64,000 nucleotides of DNA, from NCBI GenBank assembly GCA_043228905.1, contig JBHGNT010000022.1, positions 1,426,001 to 1,490,000 of the forward strand, in the 5' to 3' direction. The stretch comes from Azolla caroliniana. Its lineage: Eukaryota > Plantae > Polypodiophyta. The notes under the pieces were generated by a model, which searched no databases, had not been told where the DNA came from, and saw only the letters and a program-made list of their open reading frames with translations. Numbering within the stretch: the first letter of the stretch is position 1; each line of letters begins with the position of its first letter. Shown in pieces: positions 63,235-64,000 of the stretch. A program made the translations under genes and the position numbers.

Positions 63235-64000
63235 TGTTTCCTTCCTCTCCGGAGGCGACACCTTCGATTCCTAACCGAAAGCTAACCAAGGGACTGTGGT
63301 ACATGGTGGTTACATGGGGATGACACGCTACAGATTACAAAGAGGATACCTCGGGTTCTGCATACATGATAGGGAGAGATAGGTTACTTAACAATTATTG
63401 AAAGCAAACAATGACACAAATTAGACCCAACATTGTTTTGATTACGGAAATGAGTAGCGATTACAGTTACACGACTATCTGCCGGAATGTATCAGATACA
63501 CTGTAGGAGGATTAATTACGTAGTACCCTTAGACTTCTCTCCTATAGGTTTCCCTCTCTTCCTTCGATCTGTTGCTCCTTATATAGATGTTCCTCGGCGC
63601 GCTCCTTCTCCTTCCACGTTTTTGGCTATGTTTATTTTGGCTACTTCTGATTGCTTTCGGTTGTTTACCTACTGCTACCTAATTCCTATTGTGATTCTCA
63701 TATTTTATAATTTTGGCCCACAGACAATACCTGGCACGCCCGTGGGACAGTGCCTTGGCACGTCAAACCCAACAAATCGAAATTTCCAATTCGTAAAAAA
63801 AGTTTTATTGAAATTCGTAAAAATTAATTGAGTATATATTACAGTTAATCCTCGGTTAAAATGTGGAGGATTCGCTCCACCTAGTTTGGTTTGACTATTA
63901 TGTCCTTTGGAATGGTCGTGGGGTCGGGTCGTGGTGCGCTGGTGTTTTCCACCGAAATGTCTATTGCAAGCTCCTTTTTATCATTGCTTTGTAATATCGG
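63235..64000 (+). mobile_element. Element I: 5' LTR (63235-~63726), tRNA-Arg PBS and start of leader, runs off the window
   Basis: Begins TGTTT exactly where the satellite breaks, ...AGACA at 63726, then TGGCACGCCCGTGGGAC at 63732-63748. Second LTR and TSD not visible. Confidence 0.7.

Noticed and set aside
11887-63235. TE insertions appear to avoid intact A-type tRNA copies
   Set aside because: A copies are only ~11-15% of a unit and there are five events, which is not distinguishable from chance.

Overview
This is a eukaryotic heterochromatin-like window with no host protein-coding gene that I can support. It is probably from a non-seed land plant; that is an inference from the plant-type tRNA, the TTTAGGG-like repeats and the iMet-primed Copia elements. 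The backbone is a tandem satellite built from minus-strand tRNA-Arg(UCU) genes, roughly 55 copies by manual count, in blocks at ~2.3-12.9, 34.6-45.3 and 63.0-63.2 kb. Near-intact 'A' copies alternate with degenerate 'B' copies in ~485-bp and ~690-bp units, and at least three A copies fold into a perfect cloverleaf. The array is invaded by nested LTR retrotransposons whose ends and target-site duplications (TSDs) can be read directly: a solo LTR (11887-12601); Gypsy A (12865-34640), which contains Copia B (itself containing Copia C) and Copia D; Copia E (35384-38478, sister of D, spanning a 100-N gap); Copia F (45302-62992), which contains Gypsy G, Gypsy H and a solo LTR; and element I (from 63235), whose primer-binding site (PBS) is complementary to tRNA-Arg(UCU), the tRNA of the array. 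Notable cis-signals are a well-formed -1 frameshift site with pseudoknot between protease and RT in G, a second candidate in A, a regularly spaced hairpin array in the leader of H, and a stem-loop enclosing the polypurine tract (PPT) of D/E. All coordinates were read by eye and no searches were run.
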